Of a stretch of 64,000 bases of DNA, positions 54,856-64,000 are shown in pieces. Origin of the DNA: an uncultured Collinsella sp. Its GTDB lineage: Bacteria; Actinomycetota; Coriobacteriia; Coriobacteriales; Coriobacteriaceae. The first letter of the stretch is position 1. Every line of letters begins with the position of its first letter. Location of the stretch: positions 4,297 through 68,296 of the forward strand of contig CALJDJ010000104.1 in assembly GCA_938023705.1 (NCBI GenBank). Reading direction: 5' to 3'. A program made the position numbers and the translations under genes. Under the pieces are notes generated by a model. The model worked only from the letters and a program-made list of their open reading frames with translations. It ran no database searches and had not been told where the DNA came from.

Positions 54856-55236
54856 TTAAGCCGGCACGCGTTGGAGAGCAGGGATCGAAACAATGATTGA
54901 AGGACGCTCTAGTACGGCCCAGGCGCCGGGGCAGGAGCACGTGCGCCAAGGACGAACGCTTTCGTAGCGCGCGAGGATATTGCCGTCGCGATCGATGAAG
55001 GCGATGTCGATGGGATAGGCCATAAAACACGTATGGACCGAAGAGCAGCGTGGAAACGCCATGACGAGCGGCAGACCGTTGGCGGCAACCGGACACCGTC
55101 CCAGCATGCCGCGCAGGCGCACGGCAAACGACTCCGCCACCGCAAACTCGGCCGGCGTCCAACCCAGCCTGTTGAGCGCCCGCGCGTACGCGATGTAGGA
55201 CGAGACCGCGGTCACATGACCACCCCCGGACGCCAT
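54856..55236 (-). CDS. DUF192-family protein (last gene of the Tad cluster)
   Basis: DUF192 pattern (RLRGMLGR...GLPLVMAFPRCSSVHTCFMAYPIDIAFIDRDGNI...VRPW). Start uncertain: ATG at 55236, or GTG at 55215 overlapping the upstream stop as GTGA. Confidence 0.6.
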   Translation of the reverse strand: MASGGGHVTAVSSYIAYARALNRLGWTPAEFAVAESFAVRLRGMLGRCPVAANGLPLVMAFPRCSSVHTCFMAYPIDIAFIDRDGNILARYESVRPWRTCSCPGAWAVLERPSIIVSIPALQRVPA

Positions 55237-55688
55237 GGATCGACCGTCACCGCGCGCTCGTGCGACAACGTTGTCGGCGCCCCCAGCGTAACGCCAGCGA
55301 TGCTGAGAGAAGTCGGCCACGGCTCATAGTGCATGGTGCAGGTGTAGGTCCTAAACGTACCGGATAGGGAGAGCAGGCCACCATCCGATGCCTCCGCGCC
55401 TTGCTCGCTCGACACTTCGATCTGCAAGCCATAGCCTTCCATGGCATTCAGAATTTGAGTCTGAACCGTCGCCGAGGCATCGGCAGAGCTTTCGTCGCCC
55501 TCCCCCTCCGACGCCACGGCGTGCGCCAACACGATGTCGGGCACCACGCGGTCGAAGCGCGCGACAGCGCTGGCAAAGATCATGACGTTGTACACGATGA
55601 GTGCCAGCACCAGCAAAACGGGCGTAACCACTGCCATCTCCACCGTCGCTTGGGCGCGCTCCTCGCGCAGACGCATGCGGATACTCAT
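55212..55688 (-). CDS. TadE-like pseudopilin / pilus assembly protein
   Basis: N-terminus MSIRMRLREERAQATVEMAVVTPVLLVLALIV, typical of the TadE/TadG family. Confidence 0.8.
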   Translation of the reverse strand: MSIRMRLREERAQATVEMAVVTPVLLVLALIVYNVMIFASAVARFDRVVPDIVLAHAVASEGEGDESSADASATVQTQILNAMEGYGLQIEVSSEQGAEASDGGLLSLSGTFRTYTCTMHYEPWPTSLSIAGVTLGAPTTLSHERAVTVDPWRPGVVM

Positions 55689-57748
55689 TACGACCCACCG
55701 CCCAGAGCGCCAACCAGCGTGGCGACATCGACGGTGAGCGGGATGGAGCCGCCGCCGGGCAGAGGAATCTCCGCAAGCGTGAACACCGTGCCGCTAATGG
55801 TGCGTTCGACTTGATATTCCAACGCCTCGCAAAGCGCCTTGGGATCGGTCACGCCCAACGGAATACTTCGCAGCTTGTCTTGCGCTTGAGAGAAACCAGC
55901 AATGTCAGACCCCGGACTCTTAATGACGTTGGCGGAATCGGTCAGCACCGGCTTTCGCAGGCGCAAGTCGCACGGCTCCAGACCCAACGCCGCCACGGAC
56001 GCCGAAACGGTATCGCCGAGCCACGATGCGATGGAGCCCAACGCGCCGCTGCCCCCTCCTAGGCCTTTAATCATCTCGTCCATAAGTTCGTCGGCCGAAC
56101 CTTGGATGTCTCCGTATCCCACAAGCAGCCGTCCCCAGACATCCATGACGCCATCGAGTACGCCGGCAACGCCACCCGAGCGTTCCTTCAATGTCGAGAA
56201 AAATCGCGAAAGCACGTTGTTTTGCGCCGTCGCCCCATCGGGCGCCAGCACCGCGGCAGAGATGGCACCGCGATCGCCAAGCCTGACTGCCGTGTTAAAC
56301 GAAGAGTTGAGCTCATCGGGGCTCGAGATGGCACCCGAAACCGCAAAGGCAACCACGCCGTTGCGACCGGGCGGAGCGATACGCGGACGCTCACCGGAAA
56401 GTTCTTTGATGGCGGTATCGAACGCATTGCCCGCACGGTCGGCTTCGTCCTCGGTCTGACGCTCGAGCTCGAGCTCCTTGTTGCGACAGTCGACGTAGTC
56501 CTCCAGGGCGTCTTTAAACTTGTCAAAGTGATACTCGAAGCCGTTTTCGATAGAGGTTGAAGGCGCCGCAACAGCACCAAGCGACAAAACGCCAAAATGG
56601 CATTTGCTGCATTTATCCTGTCCATCGTAATCGGCAACCGAAGCAAATCCGCTCGGCGTCCCTTTCTTATAGTTGGGGCAGGTCGTCCCGTAATGCAGAT
56701 ACGCCTTGTCATCGTTTACGCTAGTCGGCCACACCGCATCGGTATAGAGTTCCGTCGCCCGAACCTCATCAGAGTTGCGCGGCAGCAGCGGAATATAGGA
56801 GGAAACCCTGTCTCCGTTCTCGGTTATATATGCCCGATCGACCTCCGCGTTCGCATAGGTATAAAACGCCTTACGCGCCGCAGACTCTGCCTTCATCTCG
56901 ACACTCGAGCCCTGGGGCTTCTCATTTGTCAGACGCCAATGGTAGTAGTCCTTCGCGCGATCAAGGGCAACTTGAGGCTCCCACGTAACGCTCGATGAGT
57001 AATGCGGATTTTGAACACCGGAAAGATCCGTTAGGCTTTTTGCGCGCTCCCACATACAAGAACAGCTGCCGACCGAGCCCTTGTCAGACCCACCACAATC
57101 CGCCAGCCAAGCGCGCTCCTTTGCCTTCGCCGTCTCCTCCGAGGCCTTCCGCAGCTCCTCGGCCGCACGCTCTAAATCATCTGATGTGTCTTTAATGGTA
57201 TCGGTCGAGATCTCTGACCCTTTGAGCGCAGCAAAGTCCGACTCGGATGTCCTGGGCACGGCAAGCGCCGTACCGGTATAGGTCACACTATCGGTATCCT
57301 GCGCCGACACCGCCTGCGTGGCACGCGCGGCGATCAGATACGGCAGAGCCGTCTCGATTTTCTGTAAGCCTTCCGATGCGCTTTTGGCAAACTTGTTGCG
57401 CGTTTTAATGATCTCGATCCCGGTGTCGACCATATTGCCGGCAACCGGCTCGGCACCCGGGATGAGGATGGCGACCAGGCCCGTCCCGATCGTGGCAAAC
57501 CCCGCCAGCCCCAGACTCAAGATACTCGCATCAACCACCGTGGTAGCCGTGTGATAGGACGACACTACGTTGGCACCCGCCAGCGCGCCGCTATCGGCCG
57601 CCACCTGGGTGTCCCCGGCACGCGACATGCTCCATATCGCCGCGGTCGACGAAAACAACAATGTGAGCACCACTAGGATGACCACGGCAGAAGAAAGCGT
57701 GGTATAGGCGCCGTCTTCGATAAACAGATCGACACCGGCTCGACCCAT
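55688..57748 (-). CDS. Large TadG-like pilus assembly protein (about 686 aa)
   Basis: N-terminal TM (TLSSAVVILVVLTLLF) then AADSGALAGANVV, as in the Tad/TadG N-domain. ATG at 57748 is preceded by GAGG. Its stop shares one nt with the next start. Confidence 0.7.
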   Translation of the reverse strand: MGRAGVDLFIEDGAYTTLSSAVVILVVLTLLFSSTAAIWSMSRAGDTQVAADSGALAGANVVSSYHTATTVVDASILSLGLAGFATIGTGLVAILIPGAEPVAGNMVDTGIEIIKTRNKFAKSASEGLQKIETALPYLIAARATQAVSAQDTDSVTYTGTALAVPRTSESDFAALKGSEISTDTIKDTSDDLERAAEELRKASEETAKAKERAWLADCGGSDKGSVGSCSCMWERAKSLTDLSGVQNPHYSSSVTWEPQVALDRAKDYYHWRLTNEKPQGSSVEMKAESAARKAFYTYANAEVDRAYITENGDRVSSYIPLLPRNSDEVRATELYTDAVWPTSVNDDKAYLHYGTTCPNYKKGTPSGFASVADYDGQDKCSKCHFGVLSLGAVAAPSTSIENGFEYHFDKFKDALEDYVDCRNKELELERQTEDEADRAGNAFDTAIKELSGERPRIAPPGRNGVVAFAVSGAISSPDELNSSFNTAVRLGDRGAISAAVLAPDGATAQNNVLSRFFSTLKERSGGVAGVLDGVMDVWGRLLVGYGDIQGSADELMDEMIKGLGGGSGALGSIASWLGDTVSASVAALGLEPCDLRLRKPVLTDSANVIKSPGSDIAGFSQAQDKLRSIPLGVTDPKALCEALEYQVERTISGTVFTLAEIPLPGGGSIPLTVDVATLVGALGGGS

Positions 57749-57812
57749 AAAGCCGCCTCGCTTGCAATGGCAGCTCGGACGGCGCGTCAAAACGCGTCTA
57801 GACCAGAAACGC

Positions 57813-58289
57813 TTAATCCCATGTAGCAATCCACGAATCATAATCTCCCTCCAGCCATTCGGGACGCGATTGATACGAGACATCGACCTTGAGCTCAACG
57901 TAGCCGCCCTCGGCGGCACCACCCATAGCCTGCGCAAACGCACCGATCACGGGCAACGGCTTGACCTCGCCGGAAACGGACACGGACGAGACGCCACCCG
58001 CACCGGCCCGGCCAAGCTCGATATCCCACGACAGCGGCCCGCCGGCATGAAAGATCGAAACGTTGGGCACTGCGGCAAGCCGGCGGCGGGTGAACTCCTT
58101 AAGATCGTCGTCCTCCGCCGTCGTCGTGGTCATGAGCCGCGCGGTCTCGGCGGCGGCAGACTCCATGACCGCGCGCGTATAGAGCAGGCACACCGGCTGC
58201 AGTGCGAGAAGGATGAGCGTCAGAAACGTCGGCAGCAAAAAAGCGGCCTCGACCGTAGACTGCGCCCGGTCCTCGCACGCGATATCAAT
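57813..58289 (-). CDS. TadE-like pseudopilin; 5' end uncertain (no canonical start near the conserved N-terminus)
   Basis: CEDRAQSTVEAAFLLPTFLTLILLALQPV matches the TadE N-terminal pattern. The nearest in-frame candidate is ATT at 58289; the next upstream ATG is about 29 codons earlier. Confidence 0.65.
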   Translation of the reverse strand: MDIACEDRAQSTVEAAFLLPTFLTLILLALQPVCLLYTRAVMESAAAETARLMTTTTAEDDDLKEFTRRRLAAVPNVSIFHAGGPLSWDIELGRAGAGGVSSVSVSGEVKPLPVIGAFAQAMGGAAEGGYVELKVDVSYQSRPEWLEGDYDSWIATWD

Positions 58290-58503
58290 ACAACGCGATG
58301 TCCTTAGCGCCCGCAGCGGCGTCGATAACCGACATCGAGGCAACGCCATGGGATGCCGCCCGCTCGACCAGCGCCGCCAAGCGCCCATCGGTGCCAGCAC
58401 GCCAAAGTCCCGCAATCGCCAGCACGATCGATAACAGCGCCACCGTGACGATGGCGTATTCCACAGTCGCTTGGGCAACCTCTTCACGCAGAACGCCATG
58501 CAT
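58285..58503 (-). CDS. Small Flp-like / DUF4244-type pilin-like protein (72 aa)
   Basis: MHGVLREEVAQATVEYAIVTVALLSIVLAIAG: a TVEYA motif followed by a hydrophobic helix. Confidence 0.65.
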   Translation of the reverse strand: MHGVLREEVAQATVEYAIVTVALLSIVLAIAGLWRAGTDGRLAALVERAASHGVASMSVIDAAAGAKDIALY

Positions 58504-58504
58504 T

Positions 58505-59068
58505 TCACGATCCCTCCTTTGAGTTTATTGTTTGCGGGACCAGGCGCACGGCGCGCAGACGACACGAAGCATCGCCAGTATCCGCGGCAACCGTCACCAT
58601 ATCGACCCAGCCGCGTCCGTCGCGCACGATAGCGCCCCACACGTTGCCCTTGATATCGAGATAGCCGCTCAGAGCAAGTTGTGCCGTGGGTACCTCGCGA
58701 TAGGCACGCAGCATATCCGCTGCCGCTTCGGTCATCGGTCGGTCCTCGGACCATGCAAGCCGGACCGCAATCGCGTTGCCCTCAGGCGAATCCGTCGCAG
58801 TGCCAGACCGCTTGTCGAGCGCCCGCAGAAAGGTTTGCGCCGTGACAGCGACATCCGAATCGTCCGCATCTCGCATCTCATCTTTTTGAGACGCCACCGC
58901 CGAATCTGAGCCCAAATCGGAGGCGGTCCCAGGACGCTGCTGCCGCGCGGCGTTAAGCCCCCAAAGCACCACCGCTATCGCCACGGTCAGGCAAGCAAAC
59001 ACCAGCAGCACCCCGATGGGGCGCTCGCCCTCTACAGGCTGTTGATGCCCTCGCTGATAGCGTTCCAT
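58505..59068 (-). CDS. Hypothetical membrane-anchored protein within the Tad locus
   Basis: One N-terminal TM (GVLLVFACLTVAIAVVLWGL) then a soluble domain. The ATG start overlaps the flp 3' end by 37 nt; an in-frame GTG at about 59011 is an alternative. Confidence 0.55.
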   Translation of the reverse strand: MERYQRGHQQPVEGERPIGVLLVFACLTVAIAVVLWGLNAARQQRPGTASDLGSDSAVASQKDEMRDADDSDVAVTAQTFLRALDKRSGTATDSPEGNAIAVRLAWSEDRPMTEAAADMLRAYREVPTAQLALSGYLDIKGNVWGAIVRDGRGWVDMVTVAADTGDASCRLRAVRLVPQTINSKEGS

Positions 59069-59265
59069 AGATCTTGGACCTTGCCCTTAAATGCGACGAT
59101 GGCGATGATCGCGATCACCACGAGCACGCCGACCAAGATGGCATACTCGGTGGTACCCTGTGCACTCTCCTCCTGCAATAGTTCCTTGGCGCGCTGACGA
59201 ACATGTGCCGCCCGGCAAAACGCCCAGCCCTGGACCTTGCCAGCAGCGTCAGTCATCGTGTTCAT
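59032..59265 (-). CDS. flp: Flp-family type IVb prepilin
   Basis: Flp motif ...SAQG/TTEYAILVGVLVVIAIIAIVAF. 77 aa with an unusually long leader. Confidence 0.85.
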   Translation of the reverse strand: MNTMTDAAGKVQGWAFCRAAHVRQRAKELLQEESAQGTTEYAILVGVLVVIAIIAIVAFKGKVQDLWNAISEGINSL

Positions 59266-59275
59266 GTATTCCTCC

Positions 59276-59917
59276 CTACATCATCCCGCCTGCTCCCAGC
59301 AGCGGGCCCAATATGGACAGAAGCAACGCCGGCAAGATGAGCGTGCCGGTGGGAATCAGCAGCTTGACGGGTGCACGCTCGATCTCGCGCTCGACCGCGG
59401 CGCGATGAGCCGCACGGATCTCGCGACTTTGAGCGGCCAGCGTCTCGGCAAGTGGGGCACCCAGGGCGAGCGCCTGCCCCACCGTGATGGCAAAGGTCTC
59501 GAGCGCTCGCGCGTCCAGGTCGCGCGCGGCGGCCAACAACTCGTCCTCACGCGTGCCCACGCCCACCTGCCACGCCATGCAGGCGCGCTCAAGGCGAAGA
59601 GCCAGCACTGACCGGCGGTTGGCGCAGAAAATCTCAAGCGCCGCATCAAACGAAAGACCGGCCGAAAGACCCAAGCGCACAACATCGATCATCTCGGACA
59701 CTTCGCCGAGCGACACTCGCGCCGGGCCGCCCGCTCCAACCGCGCCCTTCACTCGCGCGGTCAGAGCATCGACCACCGAGCGACCCGCGGCAGCGACCAG
59801 CACCGCCTCGCGCTTGCAGGCCCCTGCGACCTTGCGTGCATCCGCCCGATCCAACCCCGTCGCGACAAATACGCTCAGGGCGCACAGGCAAGCCGCAACT
59901 GCAACCGGGGCGCTCAT
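59276..59917 (-). CDS. tadC: TadC (type II secretion system F-family inner-membrane protein)
   Basis: T2SSF-like domain. The ATG at 59917 overlaps the tadB stop (ATGA). The ORF-track start upstream is Arg/Cys-rich and unlikely to be coding. Confidence 0.8.
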   Translation of the reverse strand: MSAPVAVAACLCALSVFVATGLDRADARKVAGACKREAVLVAAAGRSVVDALTARVKGAVGAGGPARVSLGEVSEMIDVVRLGLSAGLSFDAALEIFCANRRSVLALRLERACMAWQVGVGTREDELLAAARDLDARALETFAITVGQALALGAPLAETLAAQSREIRAAHRAAVEREIERAPVKLLIPTGTLILPALLLSILGPLLGAGGMM

Positions 59918-60840
59918 AGCTCCACCCGCATAATGCGCCGGATAACCACCAGGGCAACGGCGTTGAGGGCAAGACCCAGCACCACAGCGCCCGCGCCGGC
60001 AGGTGTCGCAAGACCGCGACGAAAATCTGCCGAAAGCAGCGCCAACACCGCGCACATGCCCGCCGGCATCGCCGCGACCATATGCGCAGACATGCGAGCC
60101 TGCGACGTCTTAACATCCAGGCGGCGCTTGAGCTCAATGCGCTCCCCCACCATGCTCGACGCCTCGGACAGTAAGTCGGCAAGCGGAGCGCCGGTGCGCT
60201 GAGACACCTTAAGCGCCAAGGTCACAAGCGAAAGACCGGGGGCGTCGATACGCACGAGCAAGTCATCGAGCGCGTCGGTCGCCGAGATGCCGCAATCGAT
60301 CGCCGCCGCCACCCGCAAAAACTCGTTATGCACTGGCTCTTGCGCATGAGCGCCCACAAAGCGCATGCCCTGGGCCAGCGAATGTCCCGAGGCAAGCGAC
60401 ATGGAAAGTGCGGTAAACGCCTCGGGCATTGCCTCTTCTGCATCGTGTTGCTCGCGCCGGCTCTCAAAGCCATCCCGAGCGGCACCAACGGCAAACGGAA
60501 CAACAAGTCCCAAGGCAAATCCGAGGGGCGATAACGACACCATCGTTAGTAAAACGCAGCAGACACCGCTCGATAGCAGCAGAAACGCCAAACATCCCGA
60601 AGCATCCTCGATCACGAGGCCAAGGCGATGCGCCGGAGCCAGCGATGCCCACGAACGGGCGATCTTTTTCAGCAGATCGTTTTCCACCAGCTCACGCGGC
60701 AGCTTCTCTGCCACCGTCTCGAGCGCCTGACGTGCCAGCTCCGCCGGCGGTACCTGCGGCACACGAGGTTCCGCCCCGCACGCCGTCGCGACAGAAAGCC
60801 CTGCCAAGCCCCCTACGACGAGGGGCACAGCGATCTCCAT
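59914..60840 (-). CDS. tadB: TadB (type II secretion system F-family inner-membrane protein)
   Basis: 308 aa with TM-cytoplasmic domain-TM architecture. Positioned between tadA and tadC. Confidence 0.8.
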   Translation of the reverse strand: MEIAVPLVVGGLAGLSVATACGAEPRVPQVPPAELARQALETVAEKLPRELVENDLLKKIARSWASLAPAHRLGLVIEDASGCLAFLLLSSGVCCVLLTMVSLSPLGFALGLVVPFAVGAARDGFESRREQHDAEEAMPEAFTALSMSLASGHSLAQGMRFVGAHAQEPVHNEFLRVAAAIDCGISATDALDDLLVRIDAPGLSLVTLALKVSQRTGAPLADLLSEASSMVGERIELKRRLDVKTSQARMSAHMVAAMPAGMCAVLALLSADFRRGLATPAGAGAVVLGLALNAVALVVIRRIMRVEL

Positions 60841-62141
60841 TCGTCCACCTCCTCTTGTGTGAGCGTCCCCGACCGCAGGCCTTCTGCGATAAACGGCGGC
60901 TCGCGGTCAAGCGTCCAGGTGCGCTCGGCGGCATCGAACGTCACATAGCGCTCGAGCTCTACGCCGCCCGATGCGGCGCGTCGCACCCCCGAATACGAGG
61001 AGACGAAGCGCCTGCCATCGGCGTGGCGCTCGGACATCACGATACCGTCGAGCGCCATGGCAATCTGCTCCTCGATGAGCTCACTCGGCAGGTCGATGCC
61101 ATAACGTGCAAGCAACGTCAGACGCACCACGGTCTCCTGTTCTGAACCCGCATGAAGTGTGGTGAGCGACCCGTCGTGGCCCGTGTTCATGGCCTGCAAC
61201 ATGTCGCAGCACTCGGCACCGCGCACCTCGCCCACCACGATGCGGTCGGGGCGCATGCGCAGGGCATTAGTTACCAGGTCGCGGATCGTCACCGCGCCTT
61301 CACCCTCAATTGAAGCCTCGCGCGCCTCTAGGCGCACCACGTGCGGATGATGCGCAAACTTGAGCTCGGCAGAGCCCTCGATCGTCACGATGCGCTCGCC
61401 GGTGGAAATCTCACATGACAACGCGTTGAGCAGGGTGGTCTTACCAGATCCCGTGCCTCCCGCAACCGCCAGGTCCTGTCGCAGCGACACCGCGCACGAC
61501 AGCAGCTGCGCATACCAAAGCGGCAGCGACCCCAGCCCCACAAGCTCGTCCAGCGAGCAGATACGGTCCGAGAACTTTCGGATGGTGAGAATCGGTCCGT
61601 CAATCGCCACAGGCGGAATCACCGCGTTGACGCGATAGCCCGTTTTGAGGCGGGCGTTGACGATGGGGCTGCGCTCGTCGATACGGCGGCCAAGTGGCGA
61701 GATGATGCGGTCGATAAGCACACGGATCTGTTCATCATCCTCAAACGCATGCTCGATGGGGTACAAGACGCCGCCGCGTTCAAAGAAAGCCGAGCGGCAG
61801 CCGTTGATCATGATCTCGGTAACGGTGTCGTCCTCGATGAGCGGCTGCAACGGCCCCAAGCCCACCACGTCATCCAAAATCTCGTCGATGATGGTTTCGC
61901 GCTCGGGCGTCGCGAGATCGGTCGGCTCCTCAACATTGAGCGCCGCCTCCACCGCAGGACGCAATTCCGAGCGGGCAAGTGCCGGGTCGATATAGGCGCT
62001 GATACGCGCCACTTCGTCGTAACCCATGCGGTCCATCACGGCGCGCTTGGTGCGTCGTTTCACCGCGCGGCGACGCCCCGCATCTACAGGCGCTGCCGCC
62101 GCTGCAGCGCCGGCAGCCTTAATCCTCGTTTGCAGGCTCAT
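60813..62141 (-). CDS. tadA: TadA/CpaF secretion ATPase
   Basis: Walker A ([15 protein letters not shown]), Asp box, Walker B ([12 protein letters not shown]), His box ([11 protein letters not shown]). ATGA overlap with tadZ. Confidence 0.93.
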   Translation of the reverse strand: MSLQTRIKAAGAAAAAAPVDAGRRRAVKRRTKRAVMDRMGYDEVARISAYIDPALARSELRPAVEAALNVEEPTDLATPERETIIDEILDDVVGLGPLQPLIEDDTVTEIMINGCRSAFFERGGVLYPIEHAFEDDEQIRVLIDRIISPLGRRIDERSPIVNARLKTGYRVNAVIPPVAIDGPILTIRKFSDRICSLDELVGLGSLPLWYAQLLSCAVSLRQDLAVAGGTGSGKTTLLNALSCEISTGERIVTIEGSAELKFAHHPHVVRLEAREASIEGEGAVTIRDLVTNALRMRPDRIVVGEVRGAECCDMLQAMNTGHDGSLTTLHAGSEQETVVRLTLLARYGIDLPSELIEEQIAMALDGIVMSERHADGRRFVSSYSGVRRAASGGVELERYVTFDAAERTWTLDREPPFIAEGLRSGTLTQEEVDEWRSLCPSS

Positions 62142-63787
62142 CGCTGATCACCCTCGCGCAACCAGGGAAGGCGGATACGCGGGCGTTCGGTACGCGTTGC
62201 ACGGTCGGCGACCATATCGCCCCAAGGGCCGACGGCGCACCCCAGTTCCACGAGTATCTCGCGCGTGGCCTCGCGCATGCTAGTCGCAAAAGCACTGGTC
62301 TGCCCCACCGCCTCGTCAGCGCGCCCAAACGCCATGAGCGCGGCGAGATCCTGCCCGCCATCGGCGATACGAATCTTGGAGCTCAACGCACAGGCAATCT
62401 CAAAGCGCATGGCGACGTCCTCGTCTGCCCCGCGCGCACCGAACCGGTTGAACACGGCGCTCATGCGCGTGCGCGGCACACCTACTCGACTTGCCAGTTC
62501 GATGACGCGCGACGCCGATGTCGCGGACGACACCGCAGCATCGCCAACGACCAGGCAACGGTCGCTCGCCGCCACCGCAGCCGCCACGGCGTCGCCCCAA
62601 AAGACCGAGGTATCGATAAAGACCACGTCGGATTCGCGACGCAGGACATCAAGCAGTAGCTCCACCGGACGTGCCATGAGCTCGGCTTGCTCGGGCGCCG
62701 CGACGGGACCCCAGAGCGTAACGCCCGGCGCCACGCGCATCGATGTGGCTACGATATCCGGCTCGGTGAGCGCGCCCGCCGCCGATGGCTCGATAAGCGC
62801 CGCCACATCGCGCGGAGCATCGACACCTAACAAGTCGTAAAGGTTTCCAAACATCAGGTCCAGGTCGAGCACGGCGGCACGCAAGCCCAACAGCGACGAT
62901 GTGTGTGCCATGGTGGCAACGATCGTCGACTTGCCGCAACCGCCCGAACCCGAAATGGCGCAGATGACCGGAGCTCGACGCTGCGGAGCGGCAGCGTCTG
63001 CCGGCGGCATCGGAGGCGGCGGTGCGGGCGTCGGTGCCAGCGTCCCCGTCTCCTCCGCCGCAACCACACGCTGCGTCCAAGCCGGCATGGCAGCTTGTTC
63101 GGTCTGCGAAGCAAGCTCGTTCTGCGCAATCTGCTCATGCTGCATCAGCGACAACTCGCCGCACCCGGCAAAGCCCTCAACTTCGTCGAGCTCATCCACC
63201 AGATGCACGCCGTGCACGTATCCCATATCTACAGCCGGGGAGTCGCCAGCATGCTGCGCCGGCCCTCCAGCGTCATCGCATACAAGGGGGTTCCGGGGGC
63301 GCCGACCATGCTCGGCTTCCGCTTTTCCATAATCATCAACACGCGGGCCTCTTGTAGCGCGAGGCGCCCCGGGTTCCCTATCAACAAAAGCATCGGGCTC
63401 AATCGTCATGCGCCGATCGGAATCAACCGCTCCCTCGCCCGCACGCCCGTTGCCGCATATACTGTGTGCAGCGATGACCTCGGTCGCCCCCGCGCGAAAC
63501 AGCCCCTCGATATCCGACGGATCGAGCGCTTCTATCAACACGACCACGCGACTCACGCGGCCTTCGGCCGTCAGGCGCGCAACAGTCTTGCGCACATCTT
63601 CAGTATCAAACAGAGACGCCGCGATGATGGCAGCCCCGCGGCGCGACGGAAACGCCCGCGCCATGGAAACCAGCCCGTCCAGGTCACCCACGCGAAGCAC
63701 CTGTGCACCCACATCACGGCCCTCGACTTCCCGCTGCAACAGCCCGTAATCGCCGCACGCGCAGCACGCAAGCCAGATCGCCTTCAT
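62138..63787 (-). CDS. tadZ: TadZ/CpaE-like ParA/MinD-family ATPase with an N-terminal receiver-like domain and a Pro/Ala-rich linker
   Basis: Deviant Walker A (ISGSGGCGKSTIVATMA), LDLDLMFGNL. Position upstream of tadA. Confidence 0.85.
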   Translation of the reverse strand: MKAIWLACCACGDYGLLQREVEGRDVGAQVLRVGDLDGLVSMARAFPSRRGAAIIAASLFDTEDVRKTVARLTAEGRVSRVVVLIEALDPSDIEGLFRAGATEVIAAHSICGNGRAGEGAVDSDRRMTIEPDAFVDREPGAPRATRGPRVDDYGKAEAEHGRRPRNPLVCDDAGGPAQHAGDSPAVDMGYVHGVHLVDELDEVEGFAGCGELSLMQHEQIAQNELASQTEQAAMPAWTQRVVAAEETGTLAPTPAPPPPMPPADAAAPQRRAPVICAISGSGGCGKSTIVATMAHTSSLLGLRAAVLDLDLMFGNLYDLLGVDAPRDVAALIEPSAAGALTEPDIVATSMRVAPGVTLWGPVAAPEQAELMARPVELLLDVLRRESDVVFIDTSVFWGDAVAAAVAASDRCLVVGDAAVSSATSASRVIELASRVGVPRTRMSAVFNRFGARGADEDVAMRFEIACALSSKIRIADGGQDLAALMAFGRADEAVGQTSAFATSMREATREILVELGCAVGPWGDMVADRATRTERPRIRLPWLREGDQR

Positions 63788-64000
63788 CACTCGTCGCCTC
63801 CGCTCTTTTTGCCGCGCGCCGTGGCGGGAATCGTCAAGCTGACCGTTCCCTTGCCCGAGGCTCCCAGCAGTTCCTTGACGTCTTCGGGGTCAGCCGCCAG
63901 CGTCACCCATTCGATCTTGCCCTCGCGCGTGGCACCGGAATCCTCACTGGTATCGATCACGTACGCGCCGCACAGCCGATCGGTCACGCCGTCTTTTTGC
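63787..64000 (-). CDS. C-terminal part of a CpaB/RcpC-like Flp pilus assembly protein (gene continues beyond the window)
   Basis: The frame is open to the window edge. ...IEWVTLAADPEDVKELLGASGKGTVSLTIPA resembles the CpaB C-terminus. Its stop overlaps the tadZ start. Confidence 0.5.
   Translation of the reverse strand, partial: QKDGVTDRLCGAYVIDTSEDSGATREGKIEWVTLAADPEDVKELLGASGKGTVSLTIPATARGKKSGGDE

Overview
High-GC, Gram-positive-type chromosomal segment. Gene content suggests an anaerobic Actinomycetota (Coriobacteriia-like) genome, but that is inference only. There are about 60 genes, mostly on the minus strand.

Left to right:
- feoA.
- An RpiR-linked beta-glucoside PTS (EIIBC plus a GH1 glucosidase) with an unusual HPr.
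- aspS and serB.
- A nickel-pincer-cofactor / lactate-racemase locus: larB, a truncated larC, a TetR gene, and larA with an aquaglyceroporin.
- ppc and hisS.
- MFS transporter, M20 amidohydrolase and EamA transporter.
- Two tandem YhgE/Pip membrane proteins.
- One IS110/IS1111-family insertion sequence.
- htpG and a GNAT gene.
- A stand-alone BY-kinase module (Wzz-like modulator, kinase, PHP phosphatase).
- A PhoR/PhoB-like two-component system with an orphan pstB.
- A VanS/VanR-like two-component system divergent from a PBP5-type DD-carboxypeptidase.
- tRNA-Ser, an 813-aa orphan protein, tRNA-Arg and a 125-aa orphan.
- serS, proC, rlmH, an SPFH gene, tRNA-Leu, tatD, rsmA, metG, rsmI and a GH5 gene.
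- tRNA-Phe and a small toxin-antitoxin-like pair.
- A monoderm-type Tad/Flp pilus locus (partial cpaB, tadZABC, flp, pseudopilins, DUF192) that runs off the right edge.

I saw no rRNA, CRISPR array, prophage, integrase or recognisable defence island, and I cannot point to one clearly new system.

The items most worth a second look:
- The IS110/IS1111 element, with a long structured 3' non-coding end (bridge/seek-RNA candidate) and an outward-facing TTGACA.
- Two sets of structured direct repeats, one bracketing the larA-aquaporin cassette and one bracketing IS+htpG.
- A Lar locus whose LarC lacks the C-terminal domain and which has no larE.
- The tRNA-bracketed 813-aa and 125-aa orphans.
- The Tad locus composition.

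Coordinates of non-ORF features were indexed by hand against the ORF track and may be off by 1-2 nt.
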